DNA of 62,056 nt, the filler included, from Rhabdomonas costata (Eukaryota): assembly GCA_019059605.1 (NCBI GenBank). It is 25 parts of 25 records of this genome, joined end to end, with 100 filler letters (N's around TTAATTAATTAA, not from the genome) between each part and the next. Parts side by side here need not be neighbours in the genome. Positions count along the whole stretch, not along the records: positions 24,890 to 27,276 come from JAHMHO010003670.1; positions 27,377 to 29,764 come from JAHMHO010003671.1; positions 29,865 to 32,250 come from JAHMHO010003672.1; positions 32,351 to 34,738 come from JAHMHO010003673.1; positions 34,839 to 37,224 come from JAHMHO010003674.1; 20 more parts are not named here. The stretch is one strand, 5' to 3'. Under the pieces are notes generated by a model, which saw only the letters and a list, made by a program, of their open reading frames with translations, did no database searches and had not been told where the DNA came from. Numbering within the stretch: the first letter of the stretch is position 1; the number at the start of each line of letters is the position of its first letter. Made by a program: the position numbers and the translations under genes. This document shows, one piece after another, positions 24,902 to 36,338 of the stretch.

Positions 24902-26308
24902 GTGGTGATCGCATACGAGCCGATCTGGGCCATCGGTATGGGGGCTCTTTTTTCTTTGTTCTTCTTGTTAGCCGTTCTGCGGATCTTTCTGCACCACACC
25001 CGCGTCTGCCGACTCTAGAAAGGAGGCTGGTGTATTATCTCATTTGGCCTCTTCGTGTGGATGGCCGTAGCCCTGGAACGGGCTAGTAGTCACAACTTGA
25101 AATATGCCGGTTGGGGCACGCATGGGGAATTGTAGTTTAGCTTAGGAAGCTTTCCAGCCTCTTGCTGCATCTTTTTAGCTCGTTGTGGCATTTGCAGGGT
25201 AATTATGGACTTTTTCAGGCCTGTTGGATCCATCAGCATTTTTTTCAAATGCTTGGATGGGTACTTTTGGGCTGGTGCGACCCCAGCAGTCCTTCCTTCC
25301 ATCTGATCGGGGGTGGGCCGGACCGGAATTCTTTCCCTCTCTCCCCTCCTCACCTCCTGCTCTTGCTATCACTTTCTTGCTCCGCACTGCGCATAAGATA
25401 TCAGATCGCCCCAGTGCCGCAGGTGCTTTTTTGGGTGCTTCGCACAGGTACTGGGAAGACCGCCACCCCTGACCAGGTCAGTGCTCCTGTCATTTTGATA
25501 TGACTTGTCATCCCTAAGCGTAATTGTTTTCCCGAGTTTGTTTTCTTGGGTCTGGTTGTTGGAGGTTGGGCCCACCGCTCCCTCAGGCCGAGGAGGTTCA
25601 TTCTGCCATCCGCAAGTGGTTCCGCGAGAAGGTCTCCGAGCAGGTCGCTGGGAGCATCAGGATCATGTACGGAGGTAACCGCCGTCTTTTTGGAGTTTGT
25701 GGACAACTATTCTGACGACAGCTATTCTGAGGCATCCCAGGGGGGTGCAATCAGTTTCTCTGCCATCCATGGGCTCCAAAGCTATTCCACCCTCACCCTT
25801 CGAGGAGTCGGGAACTGGTATGAACTGGTATGGATTGATAAGGAGATGCCTTTCTTTGTCACCTTCAGGCTCTGCCAACGAGAAGAACGCGGCGGAGCTG
25901 TACTCGAAACCCAACATCAATGGCTTCCTTGTTGGCGGTGGGCCTCTTCCTTATTGCTTTGCCAGTGACCTCGCGTGCTTGTTTTGTCCTGCTTGCAATG
26001 GCAGACGAGAAATGCGAAAAAGAAAAAGAAAAGAGAGAACCAAACAACGAAAAGTTTTTCGCCTCTACGTTTTTTGGCCAGTTCAGGCCCAACCAGTTGA
26101 AACTTGGTTTAGAATATCTCTCTTTTGAAAACCGATATGTTGCAAAAAGGAAATGTTGGCCTTTCTTTCTCGCCGGGCAAAAGATTGCGGTTACCGGCTT
26201 TCTCAGCGACTAAATCGAGGGGGGCGGTATGGCGTGGTGGGTTTTTCAGGTGCCTCACTGAAGCCGACCTTCATTGACATCGTGGTGGCGTGCAACACCT
26301 GCAAGTAA
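24902..26308 (+). CDS. TPI: Triosephosphate isomerase, 3' part (exons ~24902-24935, 25448-25476, 25587-25674, 25869-25937, 26250-26308)
   Basis: Spliced product [26 protein letters not shown]...RIMYGGSAN...[20 protein letters not shown]; four GT-AG introns with consistent phases. Confidence 0.97.
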
Positions 26309-28512
26309 GCACTTGGCGCCTTGTTCTGATGCTATCCACCAACTGCTTCCTTGGCTGCTTTCGCATGTATATATTCATGCACAAGTTTCCTTGGACTTTG
26401 CATGTTTGAACCCTTCGTTCCGTGCTGCATTTGTACTATGCCTTTTCATCAGGAAAATGGTAGAATCGGGTCCAGTTCTCTGGGTGGCCTTCAAAGTCTC
26501 AGTCTCCCATAGAGGGTAATTCTTCCTGATCAATGGATGATAAAGACAGTCTTGCCACCAGTTAGTAATTGAAGCCGAAGCCATTGAAGCCAGAGGTGCT
26601 GCAAGGCATGGATGAAAGAATATTTTTCTGCGGACGCCTTGAACAAGCATGCGACCAATTGGGGAGCTGTCGCATAATCCTTGTCGTGTCGTGTTTTTCT
26701 CACGCCCTCGCCTTGGCACTTGCGCTGGCGTTTGCCTTGTCAATGTTAGAACATGCCGGCGCACTGCCCAAGCGAAATTTTTCGCTGCTGGTTGGTCGAA
26801 AAAGGAGTCGTTTTTGTTATGGGGAAATTGCGCCAGAGCAAAAGCCTCTGGTCGATATTTGGAACGTTCGGATTTCGCGCAGCGTGGTTTTGGTCCTCCC
26901 CCTACCAACCGGCTCTCATGAAAGCGTGCTCCTGCATGTTGTAAGCCGAATGCTAGTCCGGTCTCCCGGATCATCCACCCCGAAAATTTCTTCTGTACAT
27001 GATCTCCATAGGGCATGATCGATGGAAATTTCCACCCGTAGGTAATCACAGTTTACACCATAAGTTCACACCGGCAGATCGAAGGTGAAGGGACTAACCG
27101 GAAAAGGAAAAAGCACGCCGGCTGATTCCGCGACGTCGGTGGGCGGTTGGCATTTTGGGAATTTCAGAAAGGGGGGAAAGCAAGCCAAGGGGGAGTTTAC
27201 AACACTCATAAAAGTAAATTATTTGATGGAAATTAAAACCGCGTAAAGGTGGGTGGTGCAGCGTGAAACAAAAAACNNNNNNNNNNNNNNNNNNNNNNNN
27301 NNNNNNNNNNNNNNNNNNNNTTAATTAATTAANNNNNNNNNNNNNNNNNNNNNNNNNNNNNNNNNNNNNNNNNNNNGGTGTTGTTGTGCTGCCCCTGCGC
27401 CAATGCACTAGTGGTGTCCCAGCGTCCGGTATAATTTTCACTGGTGAGACTCAGCACCCAACGCAAGGGGTGGGTTCATTCATTCATTTATTCACCTCTG
27501 GCACATTCCCTAAGCTTCAAGCAAACAAGCAGACAAAACGCTTATCTCAAAGATAACATAAAATACCCCAGACGAATTGCCGAAAGTGGTGGGACCAAAT
27601 TGGGCCGCGACCCTCACTACATTGACCAATCAACATCAGTTGTGATCAGTAGGGCTAAGATGTGTGTGTGTGTGTGTGTGCGGGTGCCAGTGCCACAAGA
27701 AGACCTGGGGCTGGCCGTCCTGGGTCGGGGCAGTGACTCGGTTTCGCCTCGACCTCCTGGAAGAGTGGGCAGATCCCATTCTTTTACACCCAGCAAACCC
27801 GCAAACCCTGGACCCTCTCAAACTTGTCACCTCTCACCTCTCAGCTCCAGCACACACACTTTCGCAATGTCACAAGACAGGAGAGAAAAAAATGGGGAAA
27901 CCTGTGCGTGTACGGCACAACAAGGAATGGCGCAGGTCGATGTGGTTAGTTAGTCATCTAACAACACAAAAAATGATGGGGATTCGGCAAAATCCCCAAT
28001 AAATCGATGGAGTTGTATCCACCCACCGCAACGGCAGGGCCGAACGAACCGACAGGGAAACCCTATACGCAACGGGCGACCAGCTACCGACCATTTCCGA
28101 CCATTCTCGACCATTTGCGGACCGGACGTCCCCCAAGCTGCTGGGTGAAACAATGGGCTATACCCACCCGGATCGCTAAATTATGGGAGAAACCTCCCCA
28201 CACCTCCAAAGGACTGTGCGCACCCTCATACGAAGAACGCGAAGGCATCGAGGAACAGGACTGCCAACAAACCCAAAACTTTCCTGACTGCAGTCATGCA
28301 GGTCATGCAGGCACGATGAAAAGCATCTTCGAAGAACAACAACAAAGTATTGCCGAAGAGCAAGGAAGCATTCGCTTTGGTTGGGAAAGTCCATTCGCCC
28401 TCCGCTAGAATATCATATGAGCGGTTAAAGGGGCCAATGTCAGCATTTAAGGGTGGCCCAACGAGCGCCTGAGGCTCTGGAGGCCGGTAGCCGTCTCCGT
28501 ACTGCTGCCGCA

Positions 28513-28767
28513 CTATGAAGAGCAGGACACGCAAATCCGAGGCTTCCCCGCCGGCAAGGGCTCCCTATAGCGGCACAAGTCTGCTTCCTTCTGCTCCTCA
28601 AAGGGGTGCGAGAGGATGCGCTGCAGCCTTTGCACCTCCTCGGAGATGCAAAGCCCTGATGAGTTTGGCAGGGAGTTGGCGCCGTCGGTCCTGTGAGCGG
28701 CCAGAGCCGCCGTGGCGTCCTCGATGGCTGCCTGGGCCAGGTAGTTACGGAGTATGTACTTGGGATT
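28513..28767 (-). CDS. SELO: Selenoprotein O (SelO/YdiU AMPylase) family, C-terminal exon, Cys form; pseudogene fragment not excluded
   Basis: NPKYILRNYLAQAAIEDA...EEVQRL..IL.HPFEEQ...ICVSCSS* matches the SelO C-terminus; no in-frame AG acceptor. Confidence 0.85.
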   Translation of the reverse strand, partial: NPKYILRNYLAQAAIEDATAALAAHRTDGANSLPNSSGLCISEEVQRLQRILSHPFEEQKEADLCRYREPLPAGKPRICVSCSS

Positions 28768-29156
28768 GGATACAGTGCATCGAGTGCAGGCATGAGGCAC
28801 GCATCACTTATGAATAAACACATATAAACAAACACAGCCAGCAAGTCCGTCGAAACCCCAGGAAAAAATTGGAAAGGAAAGAAAGGATGGGCCGGAACCC
28901 CGAAGATGGGCAAGGGATGGGTTTGGATTTGCTCCGCAATTACTAGCGCCACTACATCAATTTCGGGTTCGGTCTCAGGTTTCGGGTTTGGTTCTGACAT
29001 TTGGCTTGGTAGATATGCCACAACCTTCCGTCACAATCTTTAAATTGTGGGAAAACGCAGAACCCAAACATTGGCCGATGGTGCTGGAAACTGTAAGGAG
29101 CCCCAATGGCAGAAAAACAAAGCCGAAAAGAAGCCGGAAGTTGTGAATATACACAC

Positions 29157-29628
29157 CCCACAATCAGAACGTCATTGACTCCAACATGGGCCATAGCCCT
29201 CTCCGTGATCTCACATAGCATCGCAAAGATTGTCTCCTGCGCGCAAGCGGGCAGCATCAGAATTGAGCTTCCAATTCAAACATTGCTAAAAGCAACGAAA
29301 AAAGCCCGACAGCTTTCAACTTGAATTTGAAAGGCAAGCGAGCAACCGAAGAAGGTCGTAGCCCCGGTGTCTCATGCAGGGTGGCAGCATCAAAGGGCAA
29401 GAAGAAGGGAAGACATCGGCGGAAATTTCTGAAGGAGCGGGATATTCGCAGCACAAGGTGAAGAAGCAAGGTCAGGGTTACCTGCAAACTAAAGCACAAG
29501 TCGGCGTCGGTGAAGTCCACCGGGAGTTGGGCGTGGCGCTTCTCCCCTTTGCCAGCCCGGACTCGGGCCTGGTTCTGCAGAAGCGTGTCGCAGAAGGACA
29601 GGATTCCGCTGAAGCTGACATCCATTCC
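29157..29628 (-). CDS. KAE1: tRNA t6A threonylcarbamoyltransferase Kae1/OSGEP, two internal exons (29628-29482, 29236 to about 29157)
   Basis: [10 protein letters not shown]...[25 protein letters not shown]...VLIVG joined by a phase-0 GT-AG intron. Confidence 0.93.
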
Positions 29629-30901
29629 CTGAAGGGAACCGCACAAAAAAGCACGCAAAACGCACAAGCAATTCACAGTGGGCTAATATATCCCAAGTCC
29701 ATACCCGCAAACACTCACACCACCCCGAGATTTTTTTGTGGATAAATTGTATCCCAAAACAGAANNNNNNNNNNNNNNNNNNNNNNNNNNNNNNNNNNNN
29801 NNNNNNNNTTAATTAATTAANNNNNNNNNNNNNNNNNNNNNNNNNNNNNNNNNNNNNNNNNNNNGTTGGGGGTGTGGCATGAACTAGGCCATGCACGGGT
29901 CCCTGGGATTGTAATAGAGGAATTTACAGGGGGTCAGGCGATACCGGGGTCCCCTGGAATCGCAATAAAAGTGTTTGCATGGCTTAGGATTCGATGCGCG
30001 TGTCCCCCAGGACTCTTTCCCGGATGTGTTGGGTAGCTCCGCTTGGGGGCTTTCATTTGTTGGATATGGATGTGCGGTTTACAGTGGGTTGGGGGGGGGC
30101 ATAAATGCACTTATGCCTGCTTTCCCTATGCGCTATGGCTCGCAACCGAAGAAAGAGCGACTGACTCATTGACTTGGAACAGAGTAACGAGAATGAAAGA
30201 GATGAACGATGGACTGCCGAGGGAATGAAAACAGACAAAGCTAATAATATTTCATGCGCAGGGAAGGCTCTGGAAGAGCGCCAAAGATGGGGTGGGGACA
30301 TGCCACGACAAGCACGAAGATCCCCTGGGCACACAGCTTGACTCTGCTGAAAGCAATGGCCGCGGCGCTCGCTCCTGTGCCACGAGAAGGGGAGGGGACA
30401 TGAGAAGCAGCGAACAGCCCGGGTTTGCGAGCGCCTATGAGCGTCCCCCCCCCCCCGTTTACGGCGGGACTGGCATTCATCATCAAGCACGCCAGATACT
30501 TTCAAAAACGCAACGCTTTCGGTGCACGGCAGGTCATTATATACACCACCACGGTGTCTGTGTCTGTGTCTGTATGTGTGTGGCATCGACCGTCAAGGCC
30601 TTTTTTGGTACCTCAGGGTCGGCAGCTGTTGCTGGCGCAGCAGTGCCAGCGGCAGTCACAGAATTGGAACCGATACTTTCCTAATTTGTGACGGGGGAAG
30701 GGGCAGGCTACCGACCCCGACACAGCTTCCAGATCGATTGTGTCAGCATGTCGAAGCATGACGCCATCTGCTTCAGTCCCTAAAGGCCAAACAAATATCC
30801 CGGCGAAGAAGCGATGAAGGCACCAACAGGGAAGAGGGACGAGTGGCAAAGGGTTGCGGAAGTTTCGGCATTGTTGTATGCATCATGGGTAGCTTGAGTG
30901 C

Positions 30902-32137
30902 CTTGTGTTAATAAGGAGGGTGGGGATGTTGCCCTGTGGCGCCGCGATGACGATGATTAGCGCGGTAAAGGCGGAGACGGTGCCGGCGTAGGAAAACCGC
31001 GCCGTGCCGCCACGAACGTACGTTGACAAAACAGTCCACGAGGTCAGCACGGCCACGGTCCACCACCACTGCTCCGCATAGGACAGAGCGAGGTAGCTCA
31101 CCATCGCTGCCATAGAGGTGCCCTGAACCGTGCAAAATATTTGCTTGGGCACATAGAGTAGAGCTCAGAAAGGCCATGGCTGGTTATGGCACACTTGGGT
31201 CGTGGCTGGAATGACGCAAGCAAGCGACCCAGTTACTCCGAGATTCAGCATCCTTGCACCACGCCATCATATCATCATTTCGAAAGGCGGACGGAAGCTC
31301 AAAAGGGAGCGTGCCAAAATTCGGCCTTCTACGTGTAAAAGGATCCCAGGCGCCCCGGGCAAACAGAACAGGTTCGGCCTCTTGGTGGGGGTATCCCTTG
31401 GGTCACTTGGGACAAGGGCTTCAAAAAGGAACTTGAAGTGGTGTTTCCCGGTTTGTTAGATTGCAGTGCTGCCACCGCCATCTACGGAAGGAAACAGGAC
31501 TTAAGAACCAGCCAATTAGGCTGCCTCTCGAAAAAAAAACAAGACGGAAGAAGGAAAAGAGCCATTGCCAAGAGACCAAGGTCCATGTAACACAGAGCCG
31601 AAAGCTTCCCCCGGCGTGGTAGTCCGCCAGAAAGCAGACCTGCGAGCACACCATAGCAAGAACGGAAGTATACATATTCAAGGACCGCAGCAAATCTGGC
31701 AAAAGGGTTACACACCACCAATCAGCCAAACACAGCCACACAAACATACACACACAAAAAAAGGTATAATCCAGACGCACGAAAGCAAAAAATCATGGCA
31801 AAAAAAGAATGCTCTCCCCCATCCACAAAAAATACTCTTCTGTTGCTTCCCTGGGAAGGCGCTCTAAAGAGATGGTCACAGGCCCATTTTCCCATTCACA
31901 CATCCAGCACCACGTGCAAGGCAAGACACCCACGCAGCCATAAACCCACCAGAAAAAGGTCATTCCATGACTATATCAGCATCTACTTTCCGCTCCCAAA
32001 TTTATCCCACCGCCCCACCCACAGACGCCGTTCACCGTCATCGGGGCCCAGAAAGCAAAGGGCTCCACCGCAACAACCGCCGGGGTCAACGGCAGCACCG
32101 CGCACAGGGTAACCGTCAGCGCATACTTCAATGGAGC
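30902..32137 (-). CDS. FUSC/ALMT (aromatic acid exporter-like) membrane protein, internal exons 32137-32036, 31639-31577, 31122 to about 30902
   Basis: Spliced KYALTV...FWAPMT|VCFLADYHAGGSF...TL|GTSMAA...YAGTVSAFTALII...R follows the FUSC-like TM pattern; phase-0 GT-AG introns. Confidence 0.65.
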
Positions 32138-33315
32138 CTGTGCGGCAAAACAAACCAAGAACTCTTGTTGTCCAGACAAATAAAAACTGCTTTTGAAAAA
32201 CGTTGGCGCCTAAAGAAAAAAGACGATCGTCGGGAGATTCAACACAAAAANNNNNNNNNNNNNNNNNNNNNNNNNNNNNNNNNNNNNNNNNNNNTTAATT
32301 AATTAANNNNNNNNNNNNNNNNNNNNNNNNNNNNNNNNNNNNNNNNNNNNCAAAAAAAAGCGCCCAAACCCCAGCTGATGGTATGGTCGTCGAACGATTC
32401 GGAAACGCCATTCGCCATCATCCACAGGATCATTGCCCAATATCTTCATAGCACACCGCGGAAAACAAGATACCAACATCTCCACGGGTGCAAGCCGGTC
32501 GTGCTCAATAAGATACACAACCATGTGGACACAAAGACGGGACAGCAACGTGAGGACCAAACGTCCAAGTGGAAAAGGGTAGAGAAGCAACCGAATGATA
32601 AAATAAAATACACCACACACACACACGCACACAGGCACACACACCTCACATCTCTTTCCAGATGTTCCACACGTTCTTTCCCCGCGCTCAACGTCGTGTG
32701 TGGTATTGTTAGGAACCTTTACTTGGCGCATTGGGCTGGTATCCAGGGAAGTGAACTATACGTGTTGCCCTACGCCGCACAACATCAACACCGCTCGAGG
32801 ATTAAAAAAGAACTAAGGCAATCTGGTCGGAAATCCAAACCGACAAAACGAGACGACGACTTTACCTCGAAACTAAATCTTGGGCGCAATTTGTCAGGGA
32901 AAAGCATGGCATCAGGGTAATTCAGCTTATCTTATGTTATGTCGAATCCCAGTTGACTCAGAATAGGAAGGGTTCCCCGGGGTTAGTATGTGTGAAGGAG
33001 AGAAAGAGGAGGAAAAGGAGAAGGGAAACTCAGACAGTGCTCAACGGGCAGACCCACAGTGCCAACGGACTGCGATACCCGCTCAACCATCATCTACACA
33101 AACTTCACTCGAAATTCATCCCACAAACCCCAAAACAACACCATCTTTCAATCGAATGTAACCGGCTTTAAATCCAGTGCTTCTTGTTCAAAGGCTCACT
33201 GAGGACAGCAGAAGGGAGAAGGGGTCTCCGCCGCAGAGCACGCGTTGGGAGGGGTCACCGCCGCACCAACGCCCGCCCCGGCACCGGAGCCCCCCATAAC
33301 ACCCGCTGAAGCAGG

Positions 33316-34272
33316 CTACGCGGAGGTGGGTGGGGAGCTGCCTCCATAGGATGGGGCTCCATAGGAGAACGGCGCTGCGTTGGGAGGGGTCACCGCCGCA
33401 CCAACGCCCGCCCCAGCCCCGGAGCCCACCGAAACACCCAAGGAAGCAGGATACGAGGATGTGGGCGCAGAGCCCCCGCCGTACAAACGGCTGCCACTGG
33501 AGTATGATGCAGCGCTCGGAAGGGCCCCCACGCCCACCGGTGTGCCCGAACCCAGCGAAGTACCCCAGGATGTGGGGTAGGTAGACGTGTGCGGGGTGCT
33601 GCTACCAGGGATTGGGGCTCCATAGGAGTACGACGCAGCGCTGGGAGGGGTCGCCGCCACACTCTGCCCAGCACCCGCCGTGGCAGCGGGGCCCGAGACG
33701 GGTGTGGTCCCGGTCGCCGCGAAGCCGTTGGGAGCTCCCCAAGCACCAGGAGCAGGACCCGAGTACCCGCCAGGGCGGTAGGAATACGATGCTGCCGTGG
33801 GAAGAGCCGCCGCTCCCGCCACAGCCGTACCGACGCCCGCATAACCGGCGGTTGCATTTGCTGGGGTGCCGTAGGAGAACGACACGGAGCTGGGGGCAGG
33901 GCCCGCCGTGGCCGTAGTGCTGAAACCCACCGGCTGGGCTCCCCCAGCAGAAGCTGTGGGGCGGAGGAACGGCACCGTGGTGGCAGTCGCAGAGGGAAAA
34001 CTGGTGGTGACTGCCGCCGAAAGCCCTGAGATCGGTCTGCTGAGTCCTGCAGTGGATGGCGACGAGGAGGTCGGTGGGGCCGGGGCGGTATAGCTGAACG
34101 AAGGGGCTTTGGTGGCCGCCGTGGGGAAGCCATAGATGGGATTCGTGTAACCATAAAGTTGCGTGGGTGCCGCCGACGCACCGTAAGTGTACGCTTGAAA
34201 GGAGTTGGCAGGAGCTAGGTTGGTGGCATAACTCGGGTAGCCGTAGTAGCCCTGTTGCTGAGTGGCGGCGAT
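33316..34272 (-). CDS. Terminal exon of a low-complexity Gly/Ala/Ser/Pro/Thr/Tyr repeat protein (AASYSYG-type repeats)
   Basis: T-tract plus cag acceptor at 34275-34273; 957-nt open frame to TAG; recurring SFSYG, AASYSY and APFSYG units. Confidence 0.65.
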   Translation of the reverse strand: MAATQQQGYYGYPSYATNLAPANSFQAYTYGASAAPTQLYGYTNPIYGFPTAATKAPSFSYTAPAPPTSSSPSTAGLSRPISGLSAAVTTSFPSATATTVPFLRPTASAGGAQPVGFSTTATAGPAPSSVSFSYGTPANATAGYAGVGTAVAGAAALPTAASYSYRPGGYSGPAPGAWGAPNGFAATGTTPVSGPAATAGAGQSVAATPPSAASYSYGAPIPGSSTPHTSTYPTSWGTSLGSGTPVGVGALPSAASYSSGSRLYGGGSAPTSSYPASLGVSVGSGAGAGVGAAVTPPNAAPFSYGAPSYGGSSPPTSA

Positions 34273-34844
34273 CTGTAAAAAAAAAGCATTGTAGGAAAGC
34301 GGACACTGAAGAGGAAGTCAGTCGGCACAAACCACATCAGGGTTCTGGGCTATGGGTCGATTCCCTTCGTACTTTTCAAAATGCGCTTCTTACTCATTGA
34401 GGAAAAAATGCCTTCCAAGACGATTTCCCCCGAGCTTATGATGGTCACGGTAAGCCAGATGTGCAAAATCGAGCGCATGAGAGAGAAGCACGCTGCGCTG
34501 TTCAGTTCCCTTCTTCATGCATTTCGCTCCTTTTGCTTCCATTTTTTTTGACGTTATCGCACACCTTGGGCTGAAGGTTTCCCATTTTGCACAGGATTAC
34601 AAGAAGCTGAAAAAAGTCTGAAAGCCTGACTTTGGAAATCGAGGCAAAAAAGAATGAAAGGGAAATCCAATGGAACAGGTTCCTCTCACACCGGTTCCGA
34701 GGGTTCTGCTGATTCAAAAGCACAGAGTACCAAACAAANNNNNNNNNNNNNNNNNNNNNNNNNNNNNNNNNNNNNNNNNNNNTTAATTAATTAANNNNNN
34801 NNNNNNNNNNNNNNNNNNNNNNNNNNNNNNNNNNNNNNGTTTTG

Positions 34845-34965
34845 GGTGGGAAACGGAACGCTGGTGCATTGGTTTTTTCTCCCATACACCCACACAATCC
34901 AACCACTACACCCCCGTAAGTATATCGTGAGTAAAAACCAATGCACCAGCGTTCCGTTTCCCACC
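34845..34965. repeat. Perfect 33-bp inverted repeat (34845-34877 / 34933-34965) at contig start
   Basis: ggtgggaaacggaacgctggtgcattggttttt and its exact reverse complement; 55-nt spacer. Confidence 0.9.
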
Positions 34966-35390
34966 ATATTTTCCAAGCATACGATCAATACTTGCACCAA
35001 AACACAGAGGCTCACTCGGCAAGGGGTGGAACGCTGAACCGCACCGTCGCTGTGCGTAGATCCGCTTCAAGGAGGAACGCCTTGCTCTGACTTCAGAGGT
35101 CTGCCAGGCCCTTAGCCTAACAAAGAAACAGGGGTGCAGCACAGTCCCAAGAACTTTTCGCCAAGCCAAACGCGGGAACAAATCTGCCACCGAAACACTG
35201 CAACACAACCAGATCCCCCCCCCCCCGACAGGGGCAAGGCATCGTGATTTGCAACGGCAAACCCTAGAATGCAATGGGTAGCACTGGAATTTTTAAGTAT
35301 CCGCGGAAAACGACTCCACACCGCAGAAACATTAAGGCACATAAAAAGAGCATATCCGCATAAATGCAAATGCATAAATAGTGCAAATAG

Positions 35391-35410
35391 CCCTAACCCT
35401 AACCCTAACC
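35391..35410 (+). repeat. Short interstitial telomere-type repeat (CCCTAA)3
   Basis: ccctaaccctaaccctaacc. Confidence 0.6.
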
Positions 35411-36338
35411 AAGTTTCAAATATAGCCCGCGTCATCTCAGAGGTAGGGATTGACACGCAGGCCAAAAAGAAGCAAAAGCACCACCACGTAAATCCAGTTT
35501 TTTCACTTCCCCTTCCCCTTTTAGCTTCGAAGTCCGAAAACGCCTTATTTCGGGTGCACTTTTTTCGGTTGTGATTTGGAGCACCAATCCGCCCGGTGGG
35601 TGGCGCTTCTGGAACGTATCATTCCTTAAGAAACGGAGTCATTATCAAAGTTGCAGCATCCACAATTCGGCACAGACAATTGGATGAGATTCAATGGGGA
35701 CGGCAAGAACAAACCTACAGGCCCCATTTCCAGAAGCCTTGGACAGCGTGCCGATAGAGGCCATGGTGTTGGGTTGCATCTCACACCGCACACAGCCATG
35801 GGTGGGCTATTTCGCACCAGAAACTCTCGCCGCTTTTCAGAACACACCCTTTCCGAAACAGAGATGCAAAGCAAGTGGGAAAGCAGAAACACTTGTCCGA
35901 AAAACATGGGGGGGGGTTCAGCGAAATCACAAATGGAATTACACACGCCATTTCACCTTCATCTCAGCAAATCGTCGCACTTCAACTCGCGGCACGAGGC
36001 AGCGTGCAAGCGACGAGGCTAACCGCAACGGCGTGCAGTGGTGCATTTGGACATTGTACAAAGGGTCGCCAATTGCACGCTTCTCCCGACCTTTCCTCAC
36101 GTCATCAAGGGTTGAACACAGATAAGCACCAAACCCTGCACAGGTAAACGGCGTTCACTGCAATGCGTGGTGGCCAGAAACCCATCTAACAGAACGAACG
36201 ACCCCCCTCCCCCCCACGAAAAAAAAGAAATCACTCCACCCGTTCCAAATACCGATGACAATCGGTAGGTGGACGGTGAATGCAATATTTGATAGGCTCC
36301 GCATGACACCACGGATCCCGACGTTTACGGGTTTAATT

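Noticed and set aside
28513-28810. Selenocysteine in SelO, or the upstream TGA as Sec
   Set aside because: The C-terminal codon is TGC, and the upstream TGA lies outside recognisable similarity.
28513-29628. Genuine Kae1-SelO fusion protein
   Set aside because: It would drop essential Kae1 C-terminal motifs and nearly all of SelO, and no compatible GT-AG junction exists.
33316-33318. TAG read as Tyr (alternative code or readthrough)
   Set aside because: A frameshift follows within a few codons, SelO ends normally at TAG, and no in-frame stops occur in the conserved exons.
33330-34330. Overlapping Arg/Pro-rich ORFs
   Set aside because: Shadow frames of the GC-rich repeat exon.
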